64,000 nucleotides of DNA from Heptranchias perlo (Eukaryota), in assembly GCF_035084215.1 (NCBI RefSeq), contig NW_027139559.1, forward strand, positions 5,518,001-5,582,000. The letters run 5' to 3'. The notes beneath the pieces were generated by a model. It saw nothing but the letters and a program-made list of their open reading frames with translations. It was not told the DNA's origin and did not search any database. The translations under genes were made by a program, and so were the position numbers. Shown here one piece after another: positions 1-13,249 of the stretch; the stretch's first letter is position 1, and every line of letters starts with the position of its first letter.

Positions 1-269
1 GGAACCCTCGCATGTATGACGCATGAAACTAATTATATTCTCAGGCCTTGCAACGGCACCAACGCCACCTCATTAATCCATTCCGGTATGTTATTGTTCC
101 GTTACATTTTATGAGCAGTTGGGAAATGTCCCCTTTCATGAGAAGGTCTTAGTGTTTCCGAAAAGTACTTTTATCTTACAATGAAGACTGGTTGTGACCA
201 GTCAGTGGAACTCCAGCGTTAAAATGAGAAACGACGGAGGCTCACGGCCCTTTCTGAAATTGGGCACTC

Positions 270-450
270 AATCTAACTGGACACACTGGCGCAGTACTGA
301 GAGAGTGCTGCATTGCCACAGGACTTTGTGATCAGACGTTAAACCGAGGCCCAGTAAAAGGTGGAGAGAAAAGTTCCTATGGGAGAAGATCAGAGATTCC
401 CTCCCCACCCCCAACTACCGAAACAGGATATCTGGTCATTCATGTTAATG
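270..450 (+). mobile_element. Truncated Deu-domain SINE fragment
   Basis: Contains GCAGTACTGAGAGAGTGCTGCATTG...GACGTTAAACCGAGGCCC, the same core as the fuller copy at 1632-2085. Confidence 0.6.
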
Positions 451-843
451 TCTACATCGTAAAAGCAATAGATAATATAGAAATGTATAAAGTGGTCACA
501 TGGAAGTGTCCGTGTGTCGCACTCAGTGATACGGGCACCAGCTACCCAAGGGAACAAAGCACTGACATGATTCCCTGAGGAGCTTACAACATCTGCAACA
601 ATTCTATCCTAATCCTACACTTAATACATTCTCACTCGCAGTATCACTGTCCGTGCTGATCTATAGCCTGGAGATTACAGTTAGCTATATATTTATATAT
701 AATATATCATTCAAAAGTTTTCAATTAAAGGACATCGTTTCATACAGAGAATATGCAATCCTATATGGCTCATAATACTTGCAGGTAGATGCAGCGGGAT
801 TGAGCTGGTATATAGTTATAGAGTTCCAAATATTCGAGTGGGA

Positions 844-1186
844 GGCGCTCGGTGATGGGCCGGGAGTGCACTGATGTGTTAGATGTCGCTGGGAAGGGGG
901 ATGTGAGTGATTGGGACAGATTAGTCAGCGGCAGGACCTGATCAATGTCCTGCGGGGCGCTCGGTGATGGGCCGGGAGTCTACTGATGTGTTAAGGGTTG
1001 GTGGGAAGGGGGAATGTGAGGGGCTGGAACAGATTAGTCAGTGGCAGGACCTGGTCAATGTCCTGCAGGGTGCTAGGTGATGGGCCGGGAGTGTACTGAT
1101 GTGTAAATTGATGCTGTGAAGTGGGATGTGAGTGATTGGGACAGATTGGGTCGGCGGCAGGAACTGATCAATGTCTCGCAGGGCGC
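844..1186. repeat. Tandem repeat, 3 copies of ~112 bp
   Basis: GGCGCTCGGTGATGGGCCGGGAGT...CAGATTAGTCAGCGGCAGGACCTGATCAATGTC recurs at 844, 956 and 1069. Confidence 0.9.
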
Positions 1187-1631
1187 AGAGGAATTACAAT
1201 GATATCGCTGCCAAAAATACCACCAACACTCCGAATGACATTTCCTTCATTCTCAACTCCACTGACATGCTGTGAAATATAAGCAGCCGATTTATTGAAT
1301 CAGGTGTCTCTTCCCCAGTGACTCTCACCTGTTTATTACCAGGTAGTCATTTCAGTTCTCCTGACCCTGTACCAGTGGACATTTTGTCCTTTTCAAACAA
1401 CACTGTACGCTGCCACCTGCAATGATTTGGTTGTCGAAAACAAATATCTCAGTTCATTAATAATGTTTCCACACTTGAAACGGGCAATGAGCCTTTAAAG
1501 CATTGATCATTTGTGAAAGTCCTGCATAGTACAGCTCGGTCCACAAAGGAAGCAAGCCAATTTCTTCAAACAGCGACTCCATGGTGGATATTACTGACTG
1601 TTAACACTCGACACCAAGTACTGGCAGCAAA

Positions 1632-2085
1632 GTGTCAGCCGTGACTCTCTCACCCCTGGGGCAGAAGGTCATGGGTTTACTTCCTACTCCAGAGACTTGA
1701 GCTAAATCCCCAGGCTCACCCTACCATGCAGTACTGAGGGAGTGCTGCACTGCCAGAGGTGCCGTCTTTCGAATATGATGTTAAATCGAGGCCACATCTG
1801 CCCTCTAAATTGGACGTCAAAGATCACAAAGCATTATTTCGAAGAAGAGCAGAGGAGTTCCCTCCGGTGTCCTGACAAATATATTTCCCTCAACCAGCAT
1901 CAGTAAAACAGATGACCTGGTCATTATCACATTGCTGTTTGTGGGATCTTGCTGTGCGCAATTAGCTGCCGCATTTCCTACATTACAACAGTGGCTACAC
2001 TTGAAAAAAAGTATTTAATTTACTGGAAAGCGCTTTGGGTCGCCCTGAAGTCGTGAACAGCGCTACATAAATGGAAATCTTTCCT
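1632..2085 (+). mobile_element. tRNA-derived Deu-domain SINE (SacSINE1-like) with L2-type 3' tail
   Basis: Has a degenerate tRNA-like head, the core GTACTGAGGGAGTGCTGCACTG...GGTGCCGTCTTTCG, and the tail AAGCGCTTTGGG...GCGCTACATAAATG, which also ends the L2 copy at 39135-40270. Confidence 0.7.
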
Positions 2086-3855
2086 TAGACGCTTTACAAT
2101 AACCTTTAACACATGCCTGACAGCATTGATATCATAACCAGTAGCATTTGCATTATTCTCAAAACCAATCACCACTGAAATAAGCATTGATTTTCATACC
2201 CTTTAGAATTTAACCCAATCAAAGATCATTAAACTATCCCTGAGATCAATGCAATAAAAGCAAGGACTGTAATCCATATGAATCAAGATTAATCCCATTC
2301 ATACTTTTCCTGGCGCATCCCATTCATCCCTGCTCCTAGCATTGCCGATATTTATACCAACATTCTCTCAACTATCTCCTCAGTCTCTCACAATATTGTT
2401 TGGTCCATTTGTCGATTTTGCCATTTTTAAACATATGGACCTTCCTGCAGATTTCAGACTTGATATCATTATATTGCACCTTTCGCTGTTTCCTGATCAT
2501 CTCAATCCACCCCCTCCAAGTTTACATGGTTTAGAAGAAATATGACTAAAACTATCAATTTTGGTTGCAGCTGTTTGAACCGCTCAACATGGGCGGGTTC
2601 GCCCCGAATTTACATAATGACTTATGTTTTCATGTCTGCAGGAAATCAGAACTAAGAAGTCTGTCACAAGTGTTGCCTCACCTAAAAACGCCATTTATTA
2701 ATTCAATTTGTAAACTAATCGATTAAGCTGAAGTGAGGTCAGTTAATGGACAGACAGCAAGAGTTGTTAATATGTGGCCTCACCTGTGTGTCGTTAAGTA
2801 CAAAGCCTTATTTAGGATCTAAGCTTTCGGCCGAAATCCTTGTTATTTTGCCGCAAAACAGCACGCAGCTCGCAGAATGCAGGTCAATGGCCCATAACTG
2901 AGCACAGGTCCCATACCATTCATCTGTAGCGTCTCGGTATCTTGTGATCTGCAGCCGAATAAAACAAGAACTGGTGCCGAGAAACATTTCAAATGTTGGG
3001 TCGTGGCTCTGCTGCGCGATTTGTTTGCAATGCTTTGACCTATTTTCCAAGGTGATAAATATTTTAATAATGATCAGTCTGTGCTTCCCATCAATAAAAC
3101 TGACCGATCCACTTATAGACACTTGCTGAATAACATCGAATCGATTTAGCTCCGAAATATATGATGCAGTTTTATCAATCATTTTCCACCAAGCAATTGC
3201 ATAACCGAGCTGTTGAACAGACGGCTATTCGAACTTATCGCTGAAATTATTTGATCTTAAGCATCTACTCGCATTACGAACAAATTCTGGTTGAAAAGTT
3301 GTAAGAGGAACTGAAACAGTAGGATTTGGGCCCGGATCTCGCCGTCTCAGCCATAACTTGGAATGTATATCTTCCAAACAGCTTAAAGCCCACTTACTTT
3401 AAACCTCGTGATAAGGAGAGAGACAAGAATAGCTTTAGATAAATGACATAATCTTATTCCGTGTGTATCGCAAGCCGATTGTATTTTAATAAGTTGAGGA
3501 GGTTGTTCTGGACGGTGATTGATGCGCGGAACAGATTATTATTAGTTGATGATGTGGAAGTGGGGAGGTAATGGCGATAACACACAGCAAACGAGTCAGT
3601 TCCTTGTTTTAGTTCCCTTACGATACGAAAACTTCAGGCTATAAGTGGCATCGGGGCGAACCCCGCCTGTGTGTTGCGGTGAAAGCCGTCAAAATTAATT
3701 GGCTGCACTGGCCAGTATTTACTTATTAAAACCATTAGGATTGAACGTACATCGATACTATTAATGGATTGATGTGTTTTATTGTGTTATATTATAAAAA
3801 TATAAATGTATTAGCACATGTGTGAATGGAGAAATAAACCACACTGTCCGGAGAA

Positions 3856-4299
3856 GAAGGAATGGTTTGACTTATAGGGAGAGGTTAGATAGACTGGGAC
3901 TTTTGTCCCTGGAGAGTAGGAGGTGATCTTATAGAAGTCTATAAAATAATGAGGGGCAAAGATCAGGTAGATAGTCAAAATCTTTTCCCAAAGGTAGGGG
4001 AGTCTATAACGAGGGGACATAGATTTAAGGTGAGAGGGGGGAGATATAAAAGGGTCCAGAGGGGCAATTTTTGCACTCAAAGGGTGATGAGTGTCTGAAA
4101 CGAGCTGCCAGAGGCAGTAGTAGAGGCGGGTAATATTTTGTCTTTTAAAAAGCATTTGGACAGTTACATGGGTAAGATGGGTATAGAGGGATATGGGCCA
4201 AGTGCAGGCAATTGGGACTAGCTTAGTGGTATAAACTGGGCGACATGGACATGTTGGGCCGAAGGGCCTGTTTCCATGTTGTAAACTTCTATGATTCTA
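3856..4299 (+). mobile_element. CR1 LINE 3' end (5'-truncated)
   Basis: Degenerate ORF2 C-terminus (ERLDRLGL..., TRGHRFKVRG, GYGPSAGNWD*), followed by 3' UTR GGGCCGAAGGGCCTGTTTCC and a TTCTATGA tail. Confidence 0.85.
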
Positions 4300-4537
4300 A
4301 GGAACATGCATTTCTGTAGCGCCTTTCACGGCCTCATGATGTCCCAAAGTGCTTCACAGCCAATGAAGTACTTCCTGAAATGTCGTCGTTGTTGCATAAG
4401 AAACATGTGGATGTTTATATTGCTCAAATCTCAACATTCCGGTTAAGAGACTACGTGGTAATTCAGTTGGAATTGCATTCCTTAATTTAAATTGAAGGAG
4501 GAACATTCAGATATCAAAAGTGTTCAGTGCAACTTAG

Positions 4538-5135
4538 ATTCATAAAATCATAGAAAGGTTCGAGCACAGAAGGTGGCCGTTCGGCTCGTCGTGCCCGCGC
4601 CTGTTCTCTGCAAGAGCAATCCAGCGAGCTCCAATCCCCCGCCCTTTCCCCGTAGTCCTGCAAATGTTTTCCCTTCAAGTACTTATCAAATTCCCTTTTG
4701 AAAACCACGATTGAATCTGCCTCCACCACCCACTCAGGCAGTGCATTCCAGATCACAACCACTCGCTGTGTAAAGAAGTATTTCCTCCTGTCGCCTTTGT
4801 TTCTTTTGTAAATCACCTTAATTCTGTGTCCGCTGGTTTTCGAACCTTCCACCAATGGGATCAGTTTCTCTTTATCGAATCTGTCGAGACCTCACATGAT
4901 TTTGAACACCGCAATGAAATATCCAATCAACCTTCTCTGCTCTGAGGTGAACAACCCAGCTTCTCCAGTGTATACAAGTAACTGAAGTCCCTCATCCATG
5001 GAATCATTCTTGTAATTCTTTTCTGCACCTCCTCCTAGGCCTTGACATCCTTCCTAAAGTGTGGTCCCCAGAATTGGACACAATACTCCTGTTGTGGCCG
5101 AAATAGTGTTTATTAAAGGTTCATCATAACTTCCT
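4538..5135 (-). mobile_element. CR1 LINE 3' end
   Basis: ORF 4514..4855 contains FFTQRVVVIWNALPEWVVEA...DYGERAGDW, typical of the CR1 ORF2 C-terminus. Confidence 0.85.
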
Positions 5136-5474
5136 TGAAGTTTAGAGATTCCCGTAGCTGTGGATAGGATAACACCGGGGTAAACAGAGACAGAGCTAGA
5201 TACCCAAAATATTACGCATATTGTGGAAACAAGGAAGCCATGTGACCAGGAAACAGAAACTGAGCGGGAACATTGATAATGGCGGATGGAGATTATCATG
5301 GACAGGCCACACTGACCTGCTGGCAGGTTGCCAAATTGGCTGCTGAGGCAGAAAAAATAAGCAAACTAGCAGAGGCAAATACAGTCTATGTAAACCAAAT
5401 TATACAGCAAATCTCACCAAAATATTAACGTCTACATTTGGGCAAAGAAAGAAGAAGACTGCATAGACAACTAA

Positions 5475-6195
5475 ATCATAGAATCGTTACAGCACAGAAG
5501 GAGGCCATTCGGACCTTCGAGCGTGTGCTGACTCCTTGTAAGAGCAATCCAGTCAGTATCCCCAGCTCTTTTCCTGTAGCCCTGCAATTTTTTTCTCTTC
5601 AAATATTTATCCAGTTCCTTTTTGAAAGTCGCGATTGAATCTGCCTCGACCATCCTTTCAGGCAGTTCATTCCATATCATAACCACTCGCTGTGTAAAGA
5701 AGTTTTTCCTCACTTCATCTTTTGTTCTTTTGCCAATCACGTTAAATCTCTTTCCTCTGTTTCCCGACCCTTCTGCCAATGGGAACAGTTTCTCTGTTTT
5801 TACTTTATCTAAACCGGTCTTAAATTTAAACACTTCTATCAAATCTCGTGTCAACCTTCTCTTGTCTAATGAAAACAACCCCAGCTTCTCCAGTCTATCC
5901 ACGTAACTGAAGTCCCTCCTCCCTGGGAACATTCTAGTAAATCTTTTCTGAACACTTTCTGAGGCCGTCACATCCATCCTAAAGTGCGATGCCCAGAATT
6001 GGGCACAATAATCCAGTTTGTAAAGGCTCATCATAACCTGTTTGGTTTTGTACTCTATGCGTATATTTTTATTAAAAACAGGATTCCCTATGCTTTTTAA
6101 CTGCTTTCTCAACCTGTCCTGCCACCTTCAAAGATTTGAGAACTCATAACTCCAGGTCTTTCTGTTCCTGCACCACCTTTAGAATTGTACCACTG
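5475..6195 (-). mobile_element. CR1 LINE 3' end
   Basis: ORF 5471..6112 contains YCAQFWASH...VQKRFTRMFPG...RLEKLGLFSL...FFTQRVVMIWNELP. Confidence 0.9.
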
Positions 6196-6739
6196 GGCAG
6201 TGAATCATTATTCCTAATTATCTTTAGCCATTGGGACCGAATTTCCTTGCACGTGCTTCTCTGCTTGCTTCACACAGTAGAAATTATTATTTGGATTCGG
6301 CATCCAAGAACTAGGAATTCCACAGAGCGGGCAGCCAGAGTTAGCAAAATCTTTAAATCATACAAGAGGCAGTTGGGATTTCTAAGGAAAGGTGAGTTAG
6401 GAAAGCAGAAAAGAGGGGAACATTCTGCATAAATATTGCTTTGGATTGATATGGTTATTAACACTTTTTTTAGGGGTAATCTTTGCACGGGTTGTCCTAA
6501 TTATAGTGGTAAACATAGGTAAGTTTAACATTAGTGCCAATATGAACAGAATACTGAGCAGGCACCTGCGGAGTGTGTCAGTGTTGCTGCCACTGGGGCT
6601 GGTGATGACATTGCTGATGTCAGTGAGAGAGAGTTCAGATATAAGTGAGACAGGAATTTGACTCTCCAAACCCACCCTTCCTTAGAAACACAAACTGCCG
6701 GTTTTATGATTTCAAGATTTTTCTTCCACTGCCCCACCG

Positions 6740-7900
6740 GAAGACCATTCCCGTGAGTGGTCATTCTTTGTGGATAGAAGTGCTTCCTTACATCAGTCCT
6801 GAACTTGCCTTTTACCCGTTTCCACTTGTTTCTCATTGACCTGCAGTCGTGGTTTAACTTGAAGTAGAGCTCCAGTTTAATCTTTCCGCGTCCACTAATG
6901 CACCTGCCTCCTTTAAAGACGAAATAATCCACCCTTTACTGGACTTTGCTCATAACCCGGCCCTTGACAGTAGAGATGACCTCAGTGGCCCTTCTTTGCA
7001 CCGTTCCCAGGGCTTGGACCATTCTGCTGCGCCCCAATAACCCGAACTGAAATCTGTATCCAAGGCGTGACTTGACCGGGTCACGATATGGAGTCAACGT
7101 GACAGTCTTTGAACTGTGCCTTCCTGAGATGGTAATGTAGCCCAGCATTCGGTTTCCTTCATAAATATGGTTCTGTTCTCTACTATATTTCAATGGGCCA
7201 TTGTTCAGCTTTAGCACATGGCTGTAAACAATCGGCTGGGTACAGAGCATAGAGGAAAATCTGGTAGGGAGAATCACACACTGTTATTCTAGTCGGAGGA
7301 AAGTCGGACGGGTTCCATTACCAAGGGACGATTCTTTCCGCCTGATTTTCCTCATTCCACGAGTGATACCGTAGGCCCAGACCCTGAAGACACAAACCTG
7401 CCCCCGACCACCCCCATCTCTCTCAGCTTCTCCCTCACTGAGTTGTGCACCATCAAGTAAGCATGTTCTGCATTTTCCTTCCAATGTTAATTAGCTGAAT
7501 TATATTTCATCTGTCGTATTCCCGCCCACATTAAAATATTATTGAGGTTTTCCTGTAACTCACCGGATTTTTCTATTAGTCTCTACACCCCTTCTTTTTT
7601 CTGTGATATGGACCAATTTACATTACTTTTTGAATTGGTGCCACTTATAAAGCTCAGGAAATGTAGAAATCTTGACGACCATCCCTGGGGCACTGCGCTC
7701 ATCTTCTAACCCCGAAATCAGTCCCCAAACTACTACCTGCTGCTTACCCTCATCAAGACAATGGCTGACCCATCTCCAGGTTTTATCGATGATAAAAATG
7801 GAGAAGAAAACCGAGCCATGTGTAAAACAGATTGTCGATTCGTTATAACCCGTCTTTCGTCCGGCAGTGAGTAAATATTGCTCGCCCCCAGTGAAGTTAC
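6740..7900 (-). mobile_element. Old, decayed CR1-like LINE
   Basis: Residual motifs KFRTDVRKHF and VQRRAT in minus-strand ORFs. Confidence 0.55.
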
Positions 7901-7969
7901 TACAAATTGTCATTAGGGATAGGGTGACTGAGCACGTGAACAAATATCACCTGCGGCTCTGTTAATGTA

Positions 7970-9320
7970 AGTCATGTCGGCCGAATCAAGTTGAATTTTA
8001 TGAGGAGGTCACTAATAAGGTAGACGTGGGAGTTTCTATCGATATTTTCTGTTTGGACTTCCAGAAGGCGTTCGATAAGGTTCCACACAGGAGATTATTA
8101 GAAAAAATGGGGGGCGGACGGAATTGAAGGGAGCTCTTTGACACAGGTTGGAAATTGGATGGGAGATCGGAGACAGAGAGTGGGGCTAAAGGGTACGTAT
8201 TTGAATTGACAGGATCTGAGATGTGGTCTTCTCCAATGATCTATCTGTTTCTGGCTTCAACTTTTCACCATTGTTATTAATGCCTTGGCTGACGGAATAG
8301 AAAGTTGTAAATCCATGTTTGCAGATGACACTAATTAGGAGGAGCAGTAAGTAGTGCAGATGGGAGCAGGGCGTTGAAAAGCGACATAGGTAGAATAAGT
8401 GAGTGGGAAAACTGTGACAGATGGAGTTCAATGTGAGCAAGTGGACACAAGAAAGATAAATCGGAGAATTGTCTAAATCGCGGGAAACTAGGAACTGTAC
8501 AAGCGCATAGACATTTGGGAGTTCAAGTACACCAATCATTAAATGCTGGGGGAGAGTTACAAGAAATAATCGAAACGGTTGATGAGTTTTGGCTATTTCT
8601 CAAGGAGGCTGGAATACAGAGGGGAGCAAGTTACGCCTGGTTGTACAGACCCGTGATGTAAGTATCGGTGTACCAGGTAGAATAACCATAGTAAGATTTT
8701 ATAATATATGCCCACATATTAGTACACATTCTGCAATGGCTATATAAGGTTAGGACTGGAGTGTTCCAGACAATACCTCATGAACCTTCCATGAGAAGAG
8801 GTAAGAAATATACTGCAGAAAGTATATAGTAGATCTCACACACTGGAGCTCATGGGGACCTTCAACCCTGAAGGAGTCATTGGTCTGTGATTATTGGTAC
8901 CGGTATTTCACATGCACTGCATTTAAGGGCGAGTGATTTATTATCTGATTGAGTTGATTTAATAACAGTTATTAACCAGACGTTTCAGTGTTTCTTAGTC
9001 CTCCAAAATATTTCGACTTGTGGGGGAGTCTAAAACTAGGGGTCGTAAATATAATCGTAAATCCAACATGGAATTCGGGAGAAAGTTCGTACTCAAGCAG
9101 TGGTGAGAATGTGGAACTCGCTGCCACCGGGAGTGGTTGAGGTGAATAGCATAGATGCATTTAAGGGGAACCTAGATAAGGATATGAGGGAGTCAGGAAT
9201 ATATTGATTGGGTGAGATCAAGTGAGGTGCAAGGATGCTCCTGTGGAGCATAAATACCGGCCGAGACCAATTGGGTCGAATGGCTTGTTTCTGAACTGAA
9301 CATTCTATGTAATTCTATGT
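7970..9320 (+). mobile_element. CR1 LINE RT fragment to 3' end, interrupted by ~360 bp of unrelated sequence
   Basis: LDFQKAFDKVPH and FADD coding remnants at 8050-8330, and a TTCTATGTAATTCTATG tail near 9310. Confidence 0.75.
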
Positions 9321-9744
9321 AATAAAGTTCAATATTCCATTAGCCTTTTGGTTGATTTTTGTCCCCGTTTACTAGGTTTAAATGATTGGTATGCTTGGAT
9401 TCCCAAATCTCTTTGATCCTCTACAGTTCCTAATCTCTCAATATTTAGAAAATGTTCCGATTTATCTTTCTTGGTAAACTCCCACTCGCCAACATTGAAA
9501 TCCACCTGCCAGAGTTTTGCCCACTTATTAATCTGTCGTCGTCGCCATGTAACTTTCTGTTCTCACCCACACAACTTACTGTCCCTCATCATTAATGTCA
9601 TCTGCAGATTTGGATATACAACTCCTATTCCTTCATCCAAGTCATTAATAAAGGTGGTGAAACGTTGAGGACCCAGAAAAGATCCCTGAGCCACATCACT
9701 TATCAGATCCTGTCAATCTGATTACATGCCTTGGTGAGATACCG

Positions 9745-10866
9745 CATTGTAAACTCATGGATAAGGTCAGAGCATGTGGAGTCAGGGGGCAGGTCGATGA
9801 ACGGATTGCAAGTTGGCTACAAAACGGGAAACATAGAATGGGGGTTTAATGTTTACCCCTCAGGATAGCAAACGGTGGGAAGTGGTGTTCCACAGGTATC
9901 AGTACTGGGACAACTGTTGTTCACAATTTGAATTAATGCTTCGAATTCAGGAATCGGGAGTACAATTTCAAAATTTACGGACGACATCAAATTGGGGGGT
10001 TGTGGATAACAAAAATGAAGAATGCGTCAAAATGCAAAAGGACATTAATAAACTCGCGGAAGGGTGTGTAATTGGCAAATCAATTTCAATATAGATAAGT
10101 GTGAGATGATGCATATTGGCAAGAAGAATAAGGAGGCAACATACTGCTTGGACAGTAAGGGTTTAAATGGGATAGAGGAGCAAAGGGTTGTAGGGGTACA
10201 GATACACATATTACTAAATGTAGCCACACAACTTAATAAGGCCATAAAAAGGCAAATAAAGCACGAGGGTTTATTCGAGAGGGATAGAATTGTAAAGCAG
10301 AGAATTTATGTTAAACTTGTATCGAACCTTAATTAGAACTTGGAGTATTGTGCACATTTCTGGTCTCCATATTATAAAAAGGATATAGAGGCATTGGAGA
10401 AGGTGCAAAAAAATTCGCAAGAACTATACAAGAACTGAACAGATATCCTTATCAGGAAAGGCTGAACAGACTCTCTACAGAAAAAAGGCTGAGGGGTGAA
10501 CTGATACAGGTCTTTAAGATAATGATGGGGTTTGAAAGAATTGAACAGTAGAAAATGTTTACTCTTGTCGGGGAGTCCAAAATTAGAAGACATAAATGTA
10601 AAATTGTCATTAATAAATCCAATAGGGAATTCAGGAGAAACTTATTTACCCAAAGAGTGGTAAGAATGTGGAACGCGCTACCACAAGGAGGAGTTGAGGC
10701 ATCGATGCATTTAAGGTTAAGCTAGATAAGCACATGGGCGGTAATGGAATAGAAGGGTATCCAGAAAAGCTTAGATGGATTCGGGAGGGAGGAAGCTCAT
10801 GTGGAGACTAAGCACCAGCACAGACCAGTTGGACCGAATGACCTGTTTCTTTGCTGTAATGTCCAT
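9745..10866 (+). mobile_element. CR1 LINE RT/3' end
   Basis: Remnants SGVPQ.SVLG, WQINFNIDKCEMMHIG and VVRMWNALP, plus the 3' UTR. Confidence 0.85.
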
Positions 10867-10879
10867 TTAACTCAACTGT

Positions 10880-11640
10880 ACTTGATTAGCGACCGCATGA
10901 AAAAAAAAATGTAGATTATCCAAATGGGGATTACCCTGAACAAAGCCACGCTTGTTCGCCCTGAACGTCTGATATTTGTTCACGTGCTCATTCATTCTAT
11001 CCCTAATGAGAGACTCTGGTAACTTCTTCACAACTGATGTTAAACTGCAAGCTTTGCAGTTTCCTGGTTTCTCTCTCTCAGCCCTCTGAAATAATGAAGT
11101 GACATCAGCAATTTCCAATCTATCTGCACAATTACCGAACCAAGAGAGCTTTGAAAGATTATGACTAACGCTTCTGTATTTTCCTCACCCACTTATTATA
11201 ATTCCCTGGGCTGGAAACTATCGGATCCAGGTGATTTATCTGTCCTAAATCCCATTATTTCCTGCATACCTTTTTTTTTACCAATATTGAATATAATAAG
11301 ATGCACCTCTTGATTTTTTTTTTAGTTTTCCTTCTATCACTGATATTTTATTCTCTTCCTGTACTGTGAACACGGACACAAAGTGCTCGTTTAATAAATC
11401 TGCCATTAACGTGTTACCTATTACAATATTAGTTCCATCTGTCTTTAATGGCTTACATCTCCCTTAGTCACATTTTTACTCTGAATATGTTCATACAATC
11501 ATTCACTATTAGCCTTCATATTACTTGCAAGTTTTTCCATATACCTTTTAACCAGATCTTCATATTTTCTTTGTGTCCTTTTGTTTTTTTTTCCTGTATT
11601 GCTCCCAGTCTGCTGGATGACAACCTTTCTGGGCATTGAT
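10880..11640 (-). mobile_element. CR1 LINE ORF2 internal fragment
   Basis: ORF 10867..11118 has IADVTSLF...KPGNC...SLTSVV.K, which matches CR1 RT domain 0/1. Confidence 0.75.
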
Positions 11641-11699
11641 GTAAGGTTAATATCCTACAACCGTGTTAGCAGTGAAACGTGCTTCATTAATTGTACAGA

Positions 11700-12470
11700 C
11701 CAGCTCAGTCAAGACAATAAGGAAACATTGAGTTGAAAAGGGGGGGAGGGGTCAGGTGAGAGGGAATTTAGAAATCTAATTAGATAAGTCAAGGCAATAG
11801 AGCAGTGGGGTGATTTGGGTAAAGATAAGCAGAGTGTGACATGAAGGGATGGAGAGTTTAACGGTAATAGCGCGAAAGCGAATAATGTCAAAGCAGGGAA
11901 AATGGTAAAATCTTAAAATTAAAGGCGCTTTATCAGAATACATGAAACATTCGTAACAAGACAGACGAATTAGTGCCGCAAAAAGGGATAAATGGATTTG
12001 ATCTAATATCTATTACAGAGACGTGGTTGCAAGGTGTCCAGGGTTGGGAACAAAATTTTCCAGTGTACTTGACGTTTCGAAAAGACAGGCAGAATGGAAA
12101 CGGAGGGGTGGGTGTAGCCCTGATAATAAAGGATGACATAAGGAGAGTGGTGAGAAAGGATCTTGGCTCAGGAGATCGGGAATTTGAATCAGTATGGGTG
12201 GAAATATGAAATAACAAGGGGCAGAAAACATTGTTGGGAATAGTTTATAGGCCCACTAATAGTAGCTATACGTTTGACGGAGGATTAATCAAGAAATAAG
12301 AGGAACTTGAAACAAGGGAATGCAATAATCGTGGGGGACTTTAATCTTCATATAGACTGGACAAATCAAATTGTCAAAGGTTGTCTGGAGGATGAGTTCA
12401 TGGAATGTATTCGAGACAGTTTGTTCGAACAATACATCATGGAACCAACCAGGGAACAGAATACTTCATT
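11700..12470 (+). mobile_element. CR1 LINE ORF2 APE-endonuclease fragment
   Basis: DLISITETWL, FRKDRQ..GGVGVAL, ESVWVEI and IVGDFNLHIDW motifs in ORFs 11973..12209 and 12307..12516. Confidence 0.9.
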
Positions 12471-13249
12471 ACATTCAGATGCGCAGTGGTGTGAAGTGTT
12501 TCGGGCTTTGCATTAGTTGTGAAAGTGCCAGTGCATTGTTGGGGGTTAATATGAAGAGTGCCCTCTGGGAGGGAGTATGTTTGCAGCGGGTGAGATTGCC
12601 AATACATTAAATTAGATTGGTAAACCAGCTCCAAATGGCAGCACCAGTCACTGTATAACTACAGCTCAATGGGGAGCACGGTTTAAAGATGCCCAATTGT
12701 GGAACTCCTGCCCGCTTTATTCTAAAATTACAAAGTATCTAACAGAGGACAGCAGCTCACGCAGTATCCTTTTGTCCCTGATTATTGAGCAAGATCCAAG
12801 CGGCTGTGTCTCTCACTCAGCGAGCTGCAAATCACCCCACACATGGTGATCTGACACTGCTGCCTGTCGTATCATTGTACTCAGTGACTCCTCCTAGTTT
12901 TACTTCCTAAAAGTTATATGAAAACCTCAGTCTATATGTAGCACGGGGCAGACCCGATCTTTGATGTTGCGGCTCCCTCAAGCACAACAGGTGTTTAATA
13001 ATTGAGACTGGAACTGAAGAAAATGAGCGGAGCAAACGCCTCCCTGTAACATTCCTCCACTACTTAACTGGGGAGCCACACGTTTAAAATAAACTAATCA
13101 AAATTTGTGCTAAAATAGCGAACAAAAGAAACGCTTCCCAGTGCTCAAAATGCTGATTCGCAAAAGACAACAACACCAAAATCAAGGCCGTGATGTCAGG
13201 TGGAATTAATGCTCATGATATCAGCTATCAGAACTCGGACTGAGTTGAT

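Noticed and set aside
2146-2153. ATTTGCAT octamer
   Set aside because: Isolated, 15 kb from the promoter, with no leader or V exon nearby; consistent with chance.
8655-9017. Possible solo LTR interrupting a CR1 (starts TG, contains TATATAA)
   Set aside because: No clear CA end, target-site duplication or second copy, so it cannot be supported.
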